Shown here: one piece after another, positions 50,463 through 63,664 of the stretch
How the letters are laid out: every line of letters starts with the position of its first letter
How positions within the stretch are numbered: the stretch's first letter is position 1
DNA from: Bilabrum cf. latius
Taxonomy: Eukaryota
Assembly: GCA_965178125.1 (NCBI GenBank)
Contig: OZ237745.1
Coordinates: 1,116,001-1,180,000 of the forward strand
DNA: 64,000 nt
Reading direction: 5' to 3'
Notes under the pieces: model-generated
Databases searched by the model: none
Seen by the model: the letters and a program-made list of their open reading frames with translations, nothing else
What the model was told of the DNA's origin: nothing
Position numbers and translations under genes: made by a program

Positions 50463-53400
50463 TCACCTAGCTTCCGGATCAAATGAAAGGGCAAGCACGA
50501 TTGTCCCAGCCCCAATCGATTCATCGCCAGGCTTACGCAGCTCGACCTCGACCGGCACGAAGCTCGAGGCAGCAGCACCCAGGAGCATGCCCAATCCAAG
50601 GCTTCCCTCAGCGATGACATCATCCGATGAGAACCTGTCATAATCCAACACCTCGATTGCCAGAGTTGCATTGGAAGCGTCCTGCACCTAGAGATCGAAC
50701 ACGGGTCCTCCATCCTTCCCATCGTCCCATTGAGGATTCAATGTGCCATCTCGGCGCTCGGACACGGCGGGCTCTCCTGGACCCGCACCGGTCCCACGAG
50801 TCTGTAGTCGCACGTATGGGTCCGCAGATCCCATGAGGTCTGCACGGGGCAGGCCCTCTGCGTGGTGCAATCGGATGTGAACCACGCCGGCCGTGGCCGG
50901 TGCTGGCGCTGGAGCTGGAGCTGGCGCTGGAGCTGGCGCTGGAGCTGGCGCTGGAGCTGGCGCTGGCGCTGGCGCTGGCCCTGGCGCTGGCGCTGGAGCT
51001 GGCGCTGGCGCTGGAGCTGGCGCTGGCGCTGGCGCTGGCGCTGGCGCTGGCGCTGGAGCTGGCGCTGGTTCGGATTGACCTCCTTGCCTCTGGTTCGCAG
51101 ATGCATGCCTCTTCCCCTGCCCCTGCCCCTGCCCCTGCCCCTGCCCGTTTGGAAGGAATTTCATCGCTATCGTGAGCACGCCTCCGTCCCCGCCCGCGCC
51201 AGTCCTGCCCTTGGACAGCTGCTGCTGGCAGACGGTCCACTCCCCGGATGCGGACCCTCGCAAGGCCCCGGGCAGGGCCTCAGCAATTGCCTGCTCCGCG
51301 CTGCACAACTCGTCGTCACCAGTCGCACCGTCGTGGTCAAACACGCGCATCCGCACTCGCGCCTTCCGCACGTCCAGCACCGGCAGCCGGAACTCGGGCG
51401 GGTCACCAACCCTGTCCCACTCGGGGTCCTGGGTGCCGTGCTGCGTGTCCGACTGCACCCACGGGCAGCCGTCCTCGTCCACGTTGAACTTGACGTACGG
51501 GTCCGAGGAGCCGAAGAGGTCTCCCTTTGGCAGGCCCTTGCCGTTGTGCAGCCGAAGCAGCAGGCTCCCCGGGCCGGGGATCGGAGCCTCGCTGCCAGCT
51601 GCACCCGCCGTTTTTTCCTGCGATTCTTTTCCTGCGGGCAGTGCTCCCGACGATGACGCACCTTTTCCTGCTGGCAGTGCTCCCGACGATGACGCACCTT
51701 CGTGGGCAGGGACAGGGGCAGGGGCAGGAGCTGCTCTTGTGCTGACAGCCTCCTCCTCCTCGTCCTCCTCTTCCTCTGCCTTCTCCCTGCCCCGGCTCTC
51801 ATTTCCCCCTACTTTGATGTTCCCCGCCTTGTTCTCTTCGCCCAATACAGAGACTGTAGCTGCAGGCTGCTCTACAGAGCCACCATGCGAGGCTGCAGGC
51901 TACTCTACAGAGCCACCATGCGAGGCTGCAGGCTGCTCTACAGAGCCACCATGCGAGGCTTCATCTTCACCTGCTCCCGCCTTTGCATCCTCCGTGTCAG
52001 CCGGTGCGTCTCTCGTGACGTCGCTGCCATTCTCACCACCTTCCCCGTCGCCACCAGCGCCAGCCGCATCGCTGGAAGCTGCCCACTCCGAGGGCAAAGG
52101 CGAGAAACGAAGCGACACAGCGAGGCTGCCCCCGCCCGTCGCCTCAGGCTCGGACCCTCGCGCCAGAGACAGTTCCACCGGAACGAAAGCAGTCTCGCCC
52201 ACGGACCCGACAAGGAACCCCAGCTCGCGATCCGCCCCGCACAGCTGGTCATCCCCGGTGTATCTATCGTGGTCGTACACCTGCACGCGCAGCTTGGCTC
52301 TGCTGGCGTCTTTCACGGGCAGCTAAAACTCGGGTGCGGGCTGGCCTGCGTCCCACCTTGGGTCCTGCGTGTTGTCCCGCTTCTCGGAGGTCACCCACGG
52401 GCAGCCGTCCTCGTCCACGTTGAACTTGACGTACGGGTCCGAGGAGCCGATGGTGTCCGAGTCGGGCAGGCCCTCGGCGTGGTGCAGGCGGATGTGCAGC
52501 GTGCCGCTCGCAGGGCCATTATGAGGAGCCGATGGTGTTGGGGGCTGACTTGAGGCAGCGTCTGCTGTCCCTGTCCCTGTCCCTGTTCCTGCCCCTGTGC
52601 CAGCGCCAGCGCCGGTTGCAGGAGACAGCACCTCGCTGCGGCCCTCGTCCACCAGCGGCTGTCCAGCGGGAGACACTGCTGGCTTCCTGCTGGTTGCAAC
52701 CGGCTGCTCCTGTTCTCCACCGGTGGCGGAAGCGACGGCCGGCGTGTCATCGCCGGCATCGTCGAAGCCATCCTCGCTGTACCCGTCGCCACTGCCCTGC
52801 TCGCTTCCATTGGCACCGTCTGCATCCTTGGCACTGTCTGCATCCTGCTCAGAGTGGAGTACAGCAGCAGCAGCAGCAGGGGGGTCCTGACTGGGTGGCT
52901 CCGGACGTGGTGACCCGGGGGGCGGGCTCTCTGCCGCCAACCGGGCTATCAGGCCTCGGGACCCAGAGGCTGAGGGAGAGGGAGAGGGAGAGGGGGAGTC
53001 TCCTCCAACAGGCTGGACGAGGTACTCTGGGGAGGCGCTGTCCGCGCCCGCAACAAAGCCACCCTCCTCCTCCGGTCCACCGCGCTGAGAGGGCAAAGAG
53101 GGAGAAGCGGCGGGCTCATAGGCCTCCGCGACGGGAGCCGGCGTTCCCTCGGGAGCCACTGGCAGCCGCGGCTCCCCATCGCCGGCAAGCCCATTCGCGT
53201 TCGGCAGCCGAGTCAAGTCTCGCGCGCTGCGGGCGCGCCGACCGGGCAGCGGCGGCCTGTTGCCGCTGCCCGGTCGCTGCGGCTGCGGCGCGAGCAGGTC
53301 CTCGTCATCCTCTTCGTCACCGTCATCGTCACTGTCCAGTAGGCTGAGCCCGCCGCCCGCGCGCCCCCCCGTCCGCCCGATGCCGAGGCCCTCCGCGGAC

Positions 53401-56400
53401 CCATCCCCCCCACCTTGAGCGCCGGGCTTGGCATTGGTCCCTGACTTGGCCCTCCGGCGCTTCGAGAGGGTATCGTTCGCGCTGAGAGGACGAGAGCGCG
53501 CGGACTGTGGCCTCCTCCTCGCGCTGGCCGGGCGCCGGCCCGAGCCCTCCGCCGTGCTGGGCCGCTTGAACCGCTCCAGGTGGTCAAAGTTCTCGTCCAC
53601 CTGAAAGCGGGCCAGGGAGCCGCCCCCCTTCACGCCAGTTTGACCACCACCTGCCCCGCCTTGCTCGTCGCTGCCTCGACTCACCTCCTCCTGATCCTCG
53701 GACCTACTAGTCCGCAGGATTCCCGCGAGCGGGCCGCCGCCCTGCTCCGCTTCCTCCCCATCCGGGTTGCGCCCATGCCTATGCCCAGAGGCAGAGCCAG
53801 GAGGCCCGCTGCCATCGTCCCCTCCGAACACGGCGGCGAAGTCTTTCTCGAACTGCTCTTTTTCTTCCTTGCTTGCGGGCTTGCCCGCGCTCGATGCCAC
53901 TCCGCCCGTGTTGAGAGGAGCATCTTCCTCCTCTTCCTCTTCCTCCTCTTCCTCTTCCTCTTCCTCCTCTTCCTCCTACACCGCCTCCTGCTACCCCGCC
54001 TGCTCATACTCTTCAAGTTGCTTCTGCCTTTGCTCAACTCCGTCCTCCGGGGGTTGCCCTTCTACAGCACCTCTATCTTTGTCGACCTGCAGCTCCCCAC
54101 CACCAGCACCAGCACCAGCGCGCTCGCTTTCACCACCGCGTTTGTCGCCCCCTTTCCTCTCTGCATCGCTGTTGCCGCCATTCCCACTAGTCTGCTCCTG
54201 CTCCTGTAGCAGGGAGGGCCGCGGGGCCGCGGGTGCATCGCCTTGCGGTGCAGCCAGGGCGTTCTCGGACGCTGCTCCCAACTCGTCGGCGCCTGCGTCA
54301 TCATTGTCGGCCTCGTCGTCCTCGTCCGACAGGGCGGGGTGGCCCTGCTGCTGCCTCGACTGCTCATCCACTGCCACGCCCTGCTCCTGCCCCAGCTCTC
54401 CAGCACCCAGCCGGTCCTGCCCCACCCTATCTTCATCTTCATCGCTGGGCACGTGGCCCCTGGGCACCCGGCCCTCTCGCACCCTCCCCCTCCCCCTCTG
54501 CTCCAGCTCCTCCTGCCGGCCGTACACCGCCTCCGCCCCCCGCATCAATGCAGAGGTGGGGCGGGAGGACGGAGCCGAGGAGGAGCCTCGGGACCTGCTA
54601 CTGCCGCCCCCAGGCCCACGGCCTCGACCACGGCCTCGCCTGCGTGAGGGCGACGAGGACGGGGAGCCACGCCGCGCCTGCACCTGGGAGATAGGCCTGC
54701 CCCTGCCCCTACCCCTGCCCCTGCCCCTGCTGCCCCTGGGCGCACCTCTCGCCGGGGAAGACAGCGTCTCCTCCCCCTCTCCCCCCCCCTCCCCGTCAAG
54801 GAGAGGCCCGAACGCGTCCCCCACGTCAGGTCCCTCTTCCCCCGGCCCCATGCTCGGGTCCCAGCTCATGCGGCCCTCCAGCGCGGCGCGCTCCGCCTGC
54901 GAGGGGGAGAGCCGACGGGGCGGGTGCAGGTCTCCGTATCCGCGGCGCCTGCCCCTTGCGGAACCTCCCAGGGGCCCGGCACCGGCGGCCTCCGCGATGG
55001 CTTGCACCCGCAGCCGTCGGTTGCGGAGGTCCGCGCGGGCCCGGGCGATCATCTAGTCGATCTCGCGGACTGCCTCCGCCGCGCGACCGTCGATGGGCAG
55101 GCCGTCGCCGGCGTGCCCTCCCGATTCCACTCCTACTGGACCTCCCACTGGACCTCGACCGTGCCCTTGCCCTTGCCCTTGCCCACCTCCCCCGTACTGG
55201 CCGGGCCTCTGTTCTCCCACCCACTCCGCCTCCTCGAGCGCCCGCCGGTACCTGCCGCTCCCACTACCACCGCTCGCGCCCATTTCCGATTCCGGGTCGT
55301 CCTGGATGCCCAGAGCGGCGGCCTCTTCGTCGTAGGCCTCCTTCGAGGGGGGGGGCTCCCCCCGGGGATATCCCCCCCCAGCACCGGGGTGCTCCCCGAT
55401 GGACGGGAGTGCAGACCCGCGGCCCCCATCCTCAGGCTGCCTCCACCGTTCCCGTCCCTCCTATTCGTAGTCCGCCGCCGCCACGGGATCCGTGCCGCGC
55501 GGCGGAAGGCCCCTGCCCCGCATGCCCCTGCGGCTCCGAGACCTGCTCCCGCCCCGCCCATCCCTTGTTCCCTGGGACCCTGCCACGGAGGGCAGAGCCG
55601 ATGCGGGCCGGCCTCGCTTGCCGCGGCTTTGCCTCGTCCTGCGGCGCCGGTTCTACGAAACACCTCCGGCTGCAGCAGCAGGGGCTGTGCCACCCAGACC
55701 CACGCCCGCACGGGCGGCGAGCCGGGGCCCCCTTCTTCCCGAAGCGAATTCAGACAGTCTCTTGGCGTGCTTGCGGTTTTCCTTGGCCTCCTTGCGCAGC
55801 TTCCTGGCCGAGTAGATGGGCCCGGTGGCTTCGATCCGCTTCAGCATGCTCTGCTTTTTGTGAAAGGTAGGAGATTTGGGAATCGCACGGATATGGGTTT
55901 GCTAAGAATGCATAGATTTTGTTTGGAGCCAGCGATGACCGCCATTGATACACGGGGGACTTGGCTGGAGCGACAGCAGTCAAGTTGCCGTCCACCAGCG
56001 GAGGCAAGGCAGACGGTTCGGCACGGCTGCGCTTGAGCAGGGACCACGCCGATTCTCACCTGGTTCTCGGCAGTGATTTTCTAAAGCCGCTTTCTTCGCT
56101 GTTCAATGTTCATCGAACGCGGCTTGGTGCGCCTGCGGTTATCGACGCTGGCCGGCCCGCGGATGATCGCGTGCATTCGGGTCAGCAGCAGCAAGTTCTG
56201 CCGCTCGATCTCGGCGTAGCGCTCTGCCATTTGCATTTCTTTCTTTGGATTTCGCCTGACGGCCCCAGCTGTCGCGGGTCGTGTCCTCCCGGCGGGTGGA
56301 CGCCTAGGCAAGGCGCTGCGCGGACGCTGGCTAACCTTGGGCCCGCCCGCGATTGGGGGCATCCCCGCAACAGTTTCTGTTGGGGGACCAGTATCAACGG

Positions 56401-56512
56401 TTGCATGCGCTCCCATTACGGCCTCGTGATGCCGTCGCAGCACCTCAGCTTCGGCAGCCTGTTCCACCAAGTGATTCGCGGCAGGGCGGGTCTTCCGCTC
56501 CATGTACGCCAT
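50463..56512 (-). CDS. CFAP97/KIAA1430(Hemingway)-like N-terminus + long disordered linker + three C2 domains (~1,950 aa); intron 55851-56059; nine in-frame TAG
   Basis: NPKKEMQMAERYAEIERQNLLLLTRM...SMNIEQRRKRL*KITAENQ|SMLKRIE...PIYS. Three C2 units with GLPxxDxxGSS/ADPYV...T.DP.WD...V.D.D....DD motifs. One frame after the intron; TGA stop. Confidence 0.85.
50900..51068. repeat. Coding hexamer array (GCTGGC/GCTGGA)n = (AP)n linker
   Basis: Tandem array between the second and third C2 domains. Confidence 0.95.
51859..51960. repeat. Coding 33-bp x3 tandem repeat with CAG/TAG/CAG at one position
   Basis: Encodes SHGGSVEQPAA, SHGGSVE*PAA, SHGGSVEQPAA on the minus strand. Confidence 0.95.
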
Positions 56513-57186
56513 TGTGCTCGTTGATCTTGCGCCGGTGACGGCAACAAGGCTGCAGTCGAGAGGGTTGGCGCGTGGAAATAGGAACGGAGGTGAGGCATGG
56601 CAGGTCCTGGGGTCAGATCCAAGGGTTCACAGCGGCAATGGTCGAATTCGACAGAACAACTGATAGTCAGAGAGGCTACAACGCTGCAGTTCCGCCCATA
56701 GGTTGTGTTTGCTGCCTTACATAGAATCAATGAGGGTTCCAAATCGGGCAAACAGGCGCTTCGCTTCGCTTGCGTGTGGCGACCAAACGGATACAGACCC
56801 AAGGTTGGCGAGGTCGCTGGCGAGCATGTGTGACGAGCATCGATCGGAAATTGACATTATGCTCATTTGGGAGCTTTGGATGGCATCCCTGTCGCATTGC
56901 CTGGGTCTACTGATTGCAGTAGTGGTTTGCTTGCTCCGGGCGAGCGGTTCGGATGCAGGTTAGATCGCCGGAGCACTCTAACAGCGCCTTTCATTGTCCT
57001 GCCTCGATCTTTGTAGATCGAGGCTCTTCGCAGGACTGTCTAGCGTTGTTGCCAACCCTACAGCATTGAATAAAACCCTTGCTGTTGCAATCATCACGGT
57101 CCTGTATCGCAGCGGACACTCTACCACGGCGTGTAGCTGGGGTCGCACCATACCAGCCACTTCGAATCCGCGACCTGCCGATTCAG

Positions 57187-59268
57187 AATGTGTCCAAGTG
57201 CGGGGAGCGAGGCACTCAGTGCGAGTGTGTGAAGGACGCTGAATGCGGGTATTGCACCCTCACGTTTCAGTGCGTTCCGATCACCCGTCACTCCGAGGAC
57301 TGCGGGCACGGGTGCTTCCAGACCGGAGCTTTCGCCTGCCGCGGGGACTTTGGCGCGAGGCCTGCCCTCGCCAGTCTTGTGCTCATCGGGTGCCTTCTAT
57401 TCCCGTGCTGCCTGGCGGGCTGCTTGGCCGCCGCATGGCCGGGCCGCTCGCGTCCCTTCGGCCCTACGAGTGGCCGCCTGTGGCCGCACTGGGAGCTGGC
57501 GGGGGCAGTCGGCTCCATCCCCGACGTGGGAGTGGCGCTGGAGGTGATGCAGGCGGGGAGAGCCGTCCGGGGACTGCCCTCGGTCCCTGCCGCCAAGGAG
57601 GCCGCGCTGGGCATGCTCAACGCTCGGCTCCGAGTCCTCAGCCTTGTTCTCCTGGCGGCGGCCCTCGCTGGGCTCGTGGTGAGTGCCCGCATCGAGGCGC
57701 AGGTGGGTCCCGTCGTGATGGGGCTGGCGGCTGCGCTGGTGGGGGCGCGGGCGGTGGGGGCCGCGCTGCCCCTGTACCCCCACATGCCGTTCATCTCGGC
57801 CGCCACCACAAACGCGTGGTGCTGGGTGCTGCAGGTGGCCGCACTCGTCACGCTGTTTGCTCGGCCGGAGACCCTCACGAACCGAGGGAACTGCGCCTCT
57901 GAGCTGGGCGTGAGCCTGCTGGTGCTGTGCCTCGCGGCGCCGCTTCCGGTGATGTTCCGCTAGCACGTCTGCGTGATGGACGGCGGCGACCCGGCCACGG
58001 CCCCGCGGGCCGTCCTCCTAGCGCACAACTGTTTCCTCGAGTGCGGGAGCTTCCGGTGGCTGGCCGGGGCCGCTGGCCTCCCGGGGCCGCTGGGCCGCTG
58101 GCGGGTCGGGGCTGGGATGCTTCTGGACGATCTGGTTGGTGTGACGAGTGCGGAGGGCGGTGGGTCACCATCGCCGGGGGTTGCTGCCGGGGCGCGGGTG
58201 GGTGGTGGAGGGTACGGCACGGGGGTGGGGCTTTCGAGCAGCAGCGGTGGCGGCGGTGGTGGTGGTGGTGGTGGTGGTGGTGGTGGTGGTGGTGGTGGTG
58301 GTGGTGGTGGTCTGCTAGCTGGGGGTGGCCCAAGCAGCGACAGTCGCAAGGGGGGCAGCACGTCTTGTGCGGAGGACCCTTCTGTGAGTCGAGACGCGTG
58401 CTGCGGCTGCCTGGTGGTGGGCCATGCGGCCCCGTGTGTGTGTATTGCACGGCAGTGCTGCGGGGGCTCTGGTGTTGTCGGTGGCGTGCCCCAGCGGCTG
58501 CAGCGGGTGCTGGGGGCAGCGGGGGAGGCCACCCGGCGCCGCGCACAGGGGCTCGCCAGCGGAACCACAGCGACGCCGCGGGGTTCGGCGGAACCGCTGC
58601 CGCTGCTGCCTCGCATGCTCGGAGTGGGCTGCCCATGCTGTGGCGAGGACAGCGAGTCGTCACCCTCAGCCGACGGGTGCGTGTTGGGCATGGCCGCCTC
58701 CCCTGAGGAGGTGCTGGGGGCGCCCTGGGGGTACAGCGCGCGGGCAGCAGAGGCGATCGCGCAGGGGTAGAGGCAGGGAGACGGAGGGCCAGTGGCATCG
58801 GGGCCTCCTCTGGGCGTGCGCGGAGTGCCGTTGAGCTGCCAGTCTGCGCTGGGTGCCGTGGCGTTCGGCGACCCCGGGGCGGAGGGGGTGGGTGCCGAGG
58901 ACGATGGGCTGGGGAGGGGGGCCCCTGGGAGGCCCCCGAAGGGATGCTGCCTAGGCTTGTGTTCCCCGGGTGGAGGGGGAGTGGGAGGTGCGGGGCAGCA
59001 CGGGGTGGGGGGGTCCAGCGATACGGTTCCCCTGGCACAGGACGCGGAGGAGGAGGCCAGGAGGGCGCGTGCCATGGACCCTGTGCTGTGGAGGGAGGGG
59101 GCACCGAGGTCCTGGGTGTTCCTCGTCGACGTGATGGACGAGAACGTTCTGCGAGGTTCGCTGGCGAGCTCGGGAGGTGCTCGGCTTGACGAGGAGGAGT
59201 GGGCGCAGGCTCTGGCGGCCTGCGACCGGCGATTGGGGATCGTGCAGGATGTGGAAGAAGAAGAATGA
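57187..59268 (+). CDS. Multi-pass membrane protein with Cys-rich (PSI-like) N-terminal region and poly-Gly; 5' exon(s) probably from ~56880
   Basis: CGERGTQCECVKDAECGYCTLTFQCVP followed by several hydrophobic helices. ORFs 57079, 57973 and 58792 are in frame across TAG 57961 and 58768; TGA stop. An upstream signal-peptide-like MASLSHCLGLLIAVVVCLL is not firmly joined. Confidence 0.6.
58246..58311. repeat. (GGT)n coding microsatellite (poly-Gly)
   Basis: Run of GGT triplets. Confidence 0.95.
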
Positions 59269-59456
59269 GTCTGAATGCTTCCAGATCCATTGATTTGGCT
59301 TATTTTCCCCAATCTGCCGTTCGTTCGGATAGCGTTGCTGTCGCTGTGGCACCGCGGCTGTGCGGTGGTGGTTGTGTGAAGGCAGACGTAGGCAGGATTG
59401 TCAAAATGTCAAAAAATTGTTAATACATAATGTCATGCCTCGCCGCAATCACGAAA

Positions 59457-60102
59457 TCAGAACTGCCGCCCGTACTGGCGGCCCTCCCTGAGCTCCTTTG
59501 CCTTGGTCTCCTCCGCGTGCAGGCCCCACATCTGCTGGTATTCCGCCGGGATCTCCCTTGCAGCCTGCGATGTCGAGAAAACAATCAAGATAGGAAGAAC
59601 GCAGCGTGAGTGTACCTACGCCAAAAGCTGAAGCCTGTGCTGTGCGGTTGGGAGTGACTTACGGTCTGCTTTCGTCGGATTGGGAAAGTCTTTGCGCCAA
59701 GCTCCCAAAACACAAAGTACACAGCAATCAGGGTGCCTGCAAGCCACATCAATGCCTTTTCAGCTGGCATGCTGGGGATATCGTAATCAAGCATCATCTC
59801 GGGCGCCACGCCATCCATCCAGACCAAATCGCGCTCCTCCGGCAGCTGCGGGGATAGACGACATTGCGACAATCAATCACGCGCGAGAGTACTAGCTAAA
59901 TTAATAATTCAAGTGATACGACGGCATATTGGGGGCTTACCGGTCCCTTGGGCTGAGGCAGTCTATGAAAGTGGGGATCGATCTGGCCCTTGGGCAGGTA
60001 GGGGCCGGTGGCGTGGTGGGCACCTCCACGAAGCAGCCCACCCCGAGCTACAGATGCTATCCTAAGAGTTCGAGAGGTCGCTGCTCTCAATCGACCCGCC
60101 AT
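59457..60102 (-). CDS. NDUFB8: Mitochondrial complex I subunit NDUFB8/ASHI-like; introns 59846-59940 and 59565-59662
   Basis: Arg-rich presequence, LPEERDLVWMDGVAPEMMLD motif resembling plant/algal NDUFB8, one TM helix; two phase-0 GTAAG...CAG introns; TGA stop. Confidence 0.75.
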
Positions 60103-60241
60103 GACCGGTAGATAAGCAGATTTAGGCTGCGGAGCCTGGCCCAATCCGATTTTTGTAGTAATGGAACGCTACATTTGACACAGCAACTTGCTCGCGAGGC
60201 ATAGTTTGCCCTGCTGCCGGCGATCTGTGATCGGATACGCC

Positions 60242-63200
60242 ATGAAAAGCAGCCATATTATACGATGTGTCTGCTGCATTTTGCTGACCTTGCTGGTAAC
60301 AGAAGAAGCGGGTGCAATTTCGAAGCAGGCCAACGTGCAAGCCGCGATGCGGAGAGCGCTGCAGCGGGCGAAGCAAGCTCGTCAGAGATCCAACACCGGA
60401 AACGAGAAAAGGACAGCTCCATCTAATCTCCAAGTGCCGGCGAGTCCGCAGAATGAGGCTCAAGGCCAGCCAGCCGATCTCTTCGGCAGCGGTGCACCGA
60501 AGCAGCTGCCAACGCACCGGTCCTCCTCATCAACACGGTCTGCTGCAGCTGCCTAGGACACAATGAGCCAGCACTCTGTCCATTCTCATGGCAGTTTATA
60601 CATCCGGGGCATGCCAGAGAGCATTGAATTCTTTCGTGCGACGTTCGGGGCCCCGATCCCGTGCGCTGCCAGGGAGGTAGTGCTCGCTCCCGACGAGGTG
60701 GGCTGCGTCAACACCCAGACGTACCGCCCGTCTGGGTGGCAGTCTCTCCCCAGCGCAGTTGCAACCGCCGAGGCCCTCGCCAGCGGCACTCAGCCCGCGC
60801 CAGAGGGCCTCGATCCGATGGAGCTGGACCCGTACGGCATCCGGGGGCGCTTCGTGGTGGCCCTCCGGGGGCAGTGCCCGTTCACCACCAAAGCTAGGTA
60901 CGTGCAAAACGCGGGCGGGGCGGGCCTGATCGTGATCAACACGCAGCCGGGCATGCTCCGAATGCCGGGGGCCCCGGCCGCCCGGCCCCGCAGCGCCGCC
61001 CCCGACAACGGCACCATCGCGCGGGCGCCTGTCGCCAGCGCCAAGGACCTGATGCGGGACGCTGCCGTGCGGCCGAGGAACGGCACAGGGGGGCAAGAGG
61101 GCTCCTCCATCACGCTGCAGGGAGAGGTCATTCGCCACACCATCCCCGCCGTGATGGTGTCCAGGCGCGCGGGGGGCTCCTTGCTCCTGGCGCTGAGGGC
61201 GCGGCGGCGGCCTGTCGTGGCGCTCCGGCCCACCAGGGCGGACTGCATCCCGGGAATGGAGGCGGAGCAGGACGCGGCGGCTGCTAGGGAAACGGCCATC
61301 AGCGCGGTGGTGGACGCAGAGATGGGCTTCCACAGCCCCTCGGCTAGGGGTCCCGATGGCCTGCTGCTGCCGAGGCACGCGGCGAGGAGGGAGGAGGCCA
61401 TCGGGGTGATGAACGCGACTCTGGCGAGGCCTGTTCCCTGGGTCCCGAGACTGCGGGGTTCAGAAGCACTTCGGGTGGCGTGGTGGCCCGGGGCAGCTGG
61501 GGAACAGGTGGTGCAACGGAACGAGGACGAAGGCTAGGGCAGGGGCGAGGACACGGGCGATGACGAGGATACGGGCGTCGGCAGCGAGCATCAGCAGCAG
61601 CGGAGGAGGAGGCAGCGCGAGCGCAGCATCGCCGCGGCTTTGGCTGCCGATGCCCGGGGGTCAGGGTGGCCCCGACTCGGCGACGTCCTCGCGAGAGATG
61701 GCGACGACGAGGATGTTATGGCTTCGCAGCAGCGCGGACGGAGCCCCAGCTTTGTGGAGGCAGAGGCCTACCTGGCCACCTTTGGGGGAGCTGCCACCGG
61801 CGAGGTGCTGCCAGTGGAGGCAGCCGACCCCCTGGACGCGTGCGAGCCCCTTGTTCCCTGGCTCAACGCGACGAGCGAGCGGTTCGAGGGGGAGGCCCAG
61901 CGGGAGCGGAGGGAGGCCGCCGAGATGGCCGCCACTCAGGGGGGGGTGCAGGTGGTCGCGCTGGACCCAGAAGGCACCAAGAAACCGGCCGTGCTGCCTG
62001 GATCCCTGCCTGGATTCGTGAACGCGACCTGGGCGGGCGGTCAGGGCCGGGGGCGGCGCTCCCCGTACGAGGGTAAGGTGGTGGTGGCTCGGCGGGGCAA
62101 GTGCACGATGGTGGACAAGGCGCGCCGGGCTCAGGCCGCGGGGGCGGTGGGGCTGATCCTGGTGGACGGGGAGGCAGGAGACGTCGGCCTGGCGGGACTG
62201 GCGCGAGCGCTGGAAGAGGTGCGGGAGGGGGATGACGGTGGGGATGGCAGTAGGGGTGGGGATGCTGCCACTACTGCGGGCTCCGCGCGGTGCGGCGGTG
62301 AAGACGACCCCATGGCTGCATCGGGGCAGCACTCTGCGGCACTGGCGCTCGCCAGGAAGGACACCGCGGTCCTGGGCACCGTCGGGAGGCTGCCGCTGGA
62401 AGGGGTCGGTCTGCCCCGGCCGGCGTACGATGACGTCGCCGACTTTGACGCGCAGGTGCACATTCCCGTGGCGGTGTTGTCTGGGCGGGCGGGGGATGCA
62501 CTCCTAGCAGCTGGCACGCGAGGTGCGAGCGGGGCCTCGGTGCACATGCGGCCGGCCGATGGCTCGAGCAGCGCCCAATGGGACGAGGTCAGGGGACTCG
62601 TGGCTGGCGCGCTGAGGCCCGAAGCCCTGCGCGCTGAGACGGAGACGGAAGCGGAAGCTGGGACGGAGGGCCAGGAGGGTGGGGGGAACACCCGGGGGCA
62701 CCACGCCGCCCCGCTGCCTTTCAGGCTGCTCCGCATGCCGCTGCACCCTCGCGCCCTGAGGCGGCGAGCGGTCGGCCTCGTGAGGACACACCACCCGAGC
62801 AGCGCCCGGGGAGACGCGGAGCGATGGGTCGCCGTGCAGCGGGCCGCCGTGCTCTGGGGCCCGTGCGCCGAAGATGCCCTGGAGGACGCCGAGCGCGAGC
62901 TGCAGTTCGGGCCGGACGGGCGGGACGGCGGGCACCCGGAGGTTGACGCGGAGCTGGCGCAGATGGGCCGACGGGCCGTGCGTCGAGGGATGCACTCCGG
63001 CGACCCCGTGACTGCGTTTGCGTCTGCGGCCCTGCGGCCGGAGCAGCTGCCTCTGGCCCGCAGGTCTGCAGTCGGGCTGCAGGTAGGCGGCTCGGGCAGC
63101 GGGGGAAGTGCGCTTCTAGCGGTGGAGGACGGGAGAGGGGACTCGGCTGCGGCGGCGGGGCATGCTTTCTAGGGAACAAGCGACCCCTTCCGGTGCCGCA

Positions 63201-63664
63201 GCGAGAGCCTGACCATGCCGGTAGCGCTGCCGTCGTTTGACCGGAGCAGCAGCTTCCCGTTGGCCAAGCGGCTGCCCGCCCTCCTGCGGCAGCACGTGTG
63301 CCTGGAGCGGGCCCTCATGCACAGCGCCTCTGTGATCGGGGCGTACCTGCATGCGCAGCGGGAGGAGGAGGGGGGCGGCGGCAACGGTGTCGCGGGGAAT
63401 GGTGCGGGCGCGGGTGGGTTCAACGTGGAGGCAGATGGGGGCGCGGTGGAGGACCCGGGCGGCTAGGGCGCCATCGCTGCCGCAGAGGGCCCGGGCAGGC
63501 GCGCCCTGGTGCAGGCGGCTCGCAGGATGCTCGGGCTGGGGACTCAAGAGGCGCGGCGCGTGCTGGAGGGCTTCGAGCTGAGCTACGACTTGCTGGCGAG
63601 GAGTCCCAGGGAGGGGGCTTCCACGGCGGCAGAGCTGCTCCGCGGGGAGGAGGAGAGCGGTTGA
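60242..63664 (+). CDS. Secreted protein with two PA (protease-associated) domains (~1,140 aa; four in-frame TAG)
   Basis: Signal peptide MKSSHIIRCVCCILLTLLV. PA motifs VVALRGQCPFTTKARYVQNAGGAGLIVIN...IPAVMVS and VVVARRGKCTMVDKARRAQAAGAVGLILVD...IPVAVLS. TAG at 60554, 61535, 63170 and 63464; TGA at 63662. Confidence 0.82.

Noticed and set aside
57120-57180. Possible tRNA (TTCGAATCC T-loop-like string), sought as a suppressor tRNA-Gln(CUA)
   Set aside because: Lacks GTTC and a cloverleaf. I found no tRNA by eye in this window.
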